DNA from: Candidatus Hydrogenedentota bacterium | Lineage (GTDB): Bacteria > Hydrogenedentota > Hydrogenedentia > Hydrogenedentales > GCA-2746185 | Direction: 5' to 3' | DNA length: 49,605 nt | Assembly: GCA_046583315.1 (NCBI GenBank) | Contig: JAYGCN010000196.1 | Span: forward strand, 1 to 49,605 | Shown here: positions 47,187-49,605 of the stretch, piece after piece | Numbering within the stretch: the stretch's first letter is position 1 | How the letters are laid out: the number at the start of each line of letters is the position of its first letter | Notes under the pieces: model-generated | The model's database searches: none | Told to the model about the DNA's origin: nothing | What the model saw: the letters and a program-made list of their open reading frames with translations, nothing else | Translations under genes and position numbers: made by a program

Positions 47187-47831
47187 ATGGACATCAAAAT
47201 TGCCCCCTCTATCTTGGCCAGTGACTTCAGTCGACTGGGCGAAGAGATTAATGCGGTGATCGAATCGGGTGCGGACTGGATTCATGTGGACGTGATGGAT
47301 GGTCACTTCGCGCCAAACATCACGATTGGCCCGCCCGTCGTGGCTTCCATTCGCAGCGTGTGTAGCGTGCCGATGGATGTGCATTTGATGATCAGCGAGC
47401 CCGAACTATTCGTGGAGGATTTCGCGAATGCTGGCGCCGACATCATCACCTTTCATATCGAAGCGGCTAAACATCCACATCGGCTGATTCACCAGATAAA
47501 AGATCTCGGCTGCAAGGCCGGAATCGTGATGAACCCCGGCACTTCCCAGGATGAAATCGAATTTCTGGCAGACGATTTGGATATGGTGCTGGTGATGACG
47601 GTCAATCCAGGCTTCGGAGGACAGCAGTTCATCCCGGAGATGCTTGAGAAGATTTCACATGTCCGGGCCATGATGGGCGATCGCGATGTGGAGGTGGATG
47701 GCGGGATTGACATGCAGACGGCCGTCGATGCCGTACACGCCGGCGCGAACGTCTTGGTCGCGGGTTCCTACATTTTCAATCACACCTCCTACGCCGAGGC
47801 CATCGCGAGCCTGCACGACGCGCAGGGTTAA
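47187..47831 (+). CDS. rpe: Ribulose-phosphate 3-epimerase
   Basis: IAPSIL, HVDVMDGHF.PN, DVHLM, MTVNPGFGGQ and VDGGI. Confidence 0.98.
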   Translation: MDIKIAPSILASDFSRLGEEINAVIESGADWIHVDVMDGHFAPNITIGPPVVASIRSVCSVPMDVHLMISEPELFVEDFANAGADIITFHIEAAKHPHRLIHQIKDLGCKAGIVMNPGTSQDEIEFLADDLDMVLVMTVNPGFGGQQFIPEMLEKISHVRAMMGDRDVEVDGGIDMQTAVDAVHAGANVLVAGSYIFNHTSYAEAIASLHDAQG

Positions 47832-48988
47832 TCCCCGTCAAGCCAGTCCCGCACAGATTTTTCGACTTTCCACAACCAGCTCGCTTCGGCTAACGCTTCG
47901 GTAACGGTGATATCCGTCTCCCCAAGGACCGTATCGCCCAGCATCGCCTTGACCACGCCGACTTTTGCTCCCTTTTTGATAGGCGCCGTAAGCGTCTTCG
48001 GGTGTTCCCAGACAACCTCAATGCGATCCCAGTCTTCTCTGAGCGTCGTCGCCACGATAGGCTCGGCCACAGCCAGAGATATCTCTTCAATCTCGCAGTT
48101 CGCGACCTCGACGCTGATGCCGTCTTCGAGGCCGCCCAGAACCAGCGTGCCACTTCGCACGTTGGCGACACCTTCATCAAGGAGACGCTCAGCCAGACGA
48201 AATCGTTCCATCTTGTCCGGGTGGCCCATCACGACGGAAATCACGCGCACACCGTCTTTTTTAAGTGTCGCGGTAATGCAAAACCCGGCCGCTCGGATAT
48301 ATCCCGTCTTCATGCCGTCCATGTCGTCTCGGCGCCGCATCAGTTTGTTGGTGGTATACTTCCGTGGCTCCCCTTCGCGAAACTGTATGCTGCGCAGATT
48401 GGTCCAAGCCATGATACGTTCGTGTCGCGCACAGGCACGACCGAGTAACGCCATATCGCGGGCCGTCGTCTTGTCGAATTCCTCACCTCTATCCGGCGGC
48501 AGACCATGTACGCTGTGAAACTCAGAACTGCTCATACCGAGCTCTGCGGCCCGCACGTTCATCGCTTCCAGATACGCTTCCTCACTGCCCCATAAACCCT
48601 CAGCGACGGCCATGGTCGCGTCGTTGGCCGAAGCCACCGAAACCGCCTGCATCAGTTGCTCAAGCGTATGCGAATCGCCCGCTTCAAGATAGACCTGCGT
48701 GCCCCCCATGTGTTGGGCCTTGCGCGATGCGATGATTGGCTGCTCAAGCGTCCAACGACCTTCATCAATCCCTTCAGAGACGAGCAACATGGCCATGAGT
48801 TTTATCATGCTTGCCGGCGGACGAACAATATCCGCGTTTTCCTCGTGCAAAACAAGACCGGTTTCTGCTTCCACCGCGATGGAGCTGATAGGCTTTTCCG
48901 AAGCGGCCCAAACGGACTGAGTCAAGGCAAAGGTCATCAAAATAGTCAGGAACATGTTGGGATTACGGGTCATCATCTCTTTCTTCAT
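47828..48988 (-). CDS. D-alanyl-D-alanine carboxypeptidase (S11, DacA-like)
   Basis: Signal peptide, SMIK (SxxK), SAN (SxN), HGL, KTG and a PBP5 C-terminal domain. Confidence 0.95.
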   Translation of the reverse strand: MKKEMMTRNPNMFLTILMTFALTQSVWAASEKPISSIAVEAETGLVLHEENADIVRPPASMIKLMAMLLVSEGIDEGRWTLEQPIIASRKAQHMGGTQVYLEAGDSHTLEQLMQAVSVASANDATMAVAEGLWGSEEAYLEAMNVRAAELGMSSSEFHSVHGLPPDRGEEFDKTTARDMALLGRACARHERIMAWTNLRSIQFREGEPRKYTTNKLMRRRDDMDGMKTGYIRAAGFCITATLKKDGVRVISVVMGHPDKMERFRLAERLLDEGVANVRSGTLVLGGLEDGISVEVANCEIEEISLAVAEPIVATTLREDWDRIEVVWEHPKTLTAPIKKGAKVGVVKAMLGDTVLGETDITVTEALAEASWLWKVEKSVRDWLDGD

Positions 48989-49605
48989 ACGATTCGGGAT
49001 TCCTTGTGGGCATCGGACACGAGGCTGCGAACCCGTTGAATGAGTTCATAGGACGAAAAGGGTTTCCACACGATTTGCGATTCGTGTGCTTCTATCTGAG
49101 TATCGCCTGTAGGCGATTTGGTCAGCATCAACAGCGCGGCAACGCTGCGGGTATCGTCACTCGTGCAAAACAACTCCAACGCTTCTATGCCCGAAAGGTC
49201 TGGCAACGTCTCGCCAAGTAGCACCGCGTCCGGCAATTCACGCACTGCATTTCGATGAGCATCGTAGCCCGAATCGAACTCCTTCACCTGTGCGCCCATA
49301 TCGGACAGCATCGTTGCACAGATGCCCCGAAATTCCTCGTTGGAATTAATCACGTAAACGGATTTACCGTCCAATGAGTTGTCGGTGCGGCTCAAATTCT
49401 CCCACTCAAAACTGGATTTCGAGAAAGTAATGATAAAGGTCGTACCCTCGTTGGATTTACTCTGCACATCAATATGCCCGTTATGCGCTTCGACGACACT
49501 GGATGCAATGGAGAGTCCTATACCGGTCCCCTCAAAATGGCGGGTCATCGAACTGTCCACCTGATAAAATTTCTGGAAGATACGTCCGATGTTTTCTTCT
49601 TCGAT
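48985..49605 (-). CDS. Hybrid histidine kinase, C-terminal part (HATPase + degenerate receiver); 5' end outside the window
   Basis: The frame is open to the window edge: IEEENIGRIFQKFYQVDSSMTRHFEGTGIGLSI...H.G.I.V.S...GTTF, then a receiver-like domain ending KPF. Confidence 0.9.
   Translation of the reverse strand: MEEENIGRIFQKFYQVDSSMTRHFEGTGIGLSIASSVVEAHNGHIDVQSKSNEGTTFIITFSKSSFEWENLSRTDNSLDGKSVYVINSNEEFRGICATMLSDMGAQVKEFDSGYDAHRNAVRELPDAVLLGETLPDLSGIEALELFCTSDDTRSVAALLMLTKSPTGDTQIEAHESQIVWKPFSSYELIQRVRSLVSDAHKESRIV

Overview
A 49.6 kb bacterial chromosomal segment (roughly mid-50s % GC by eye) from a diderm organism with peptidoglycan: it encodes an outer-membrane barrel, lipoproteins, an L,D-transpeptidase and a DD-carboxypeptidase. 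The gene style suggests a poorly characterised lineage such as Hydrogenedentota, but that is only an impression. Most of the window is housekeeping: leuA, rpmE-prfA-prmC-radC-psd-pssA, yggS-pheS-pheT-zapB-like-zapA, nadE, queA, serB and ybaB-fmt-rsmB-PASTA-rpe, plus signalling genes. No tRNA, rRNA, CRISPR array or transposase was seen. The best non-obvious signals are: (1) an unannotated ~170-nt small RNA between nadE and queA, with a consensus sigma28 promoter, CsrA-type GGA hairpins, an anti-Shine-Dalgarno tract and its own intrinsic terminator; (2) a XerC/D dif site at 30318-30345, flanked by a nonsense-disrupted gene and ~600 bp of strongly self-complementary non-coding DNA (possible mobile-element scar or structured RNA); (3) a PilH/PilI/PilG-like ABC module next to an O-antigen-ligase/oligosaccharyltransferase-like gene; (4) tandem exported Cys3-His proteins; (5) a hidden frameshifted small gene downstream of nadE.
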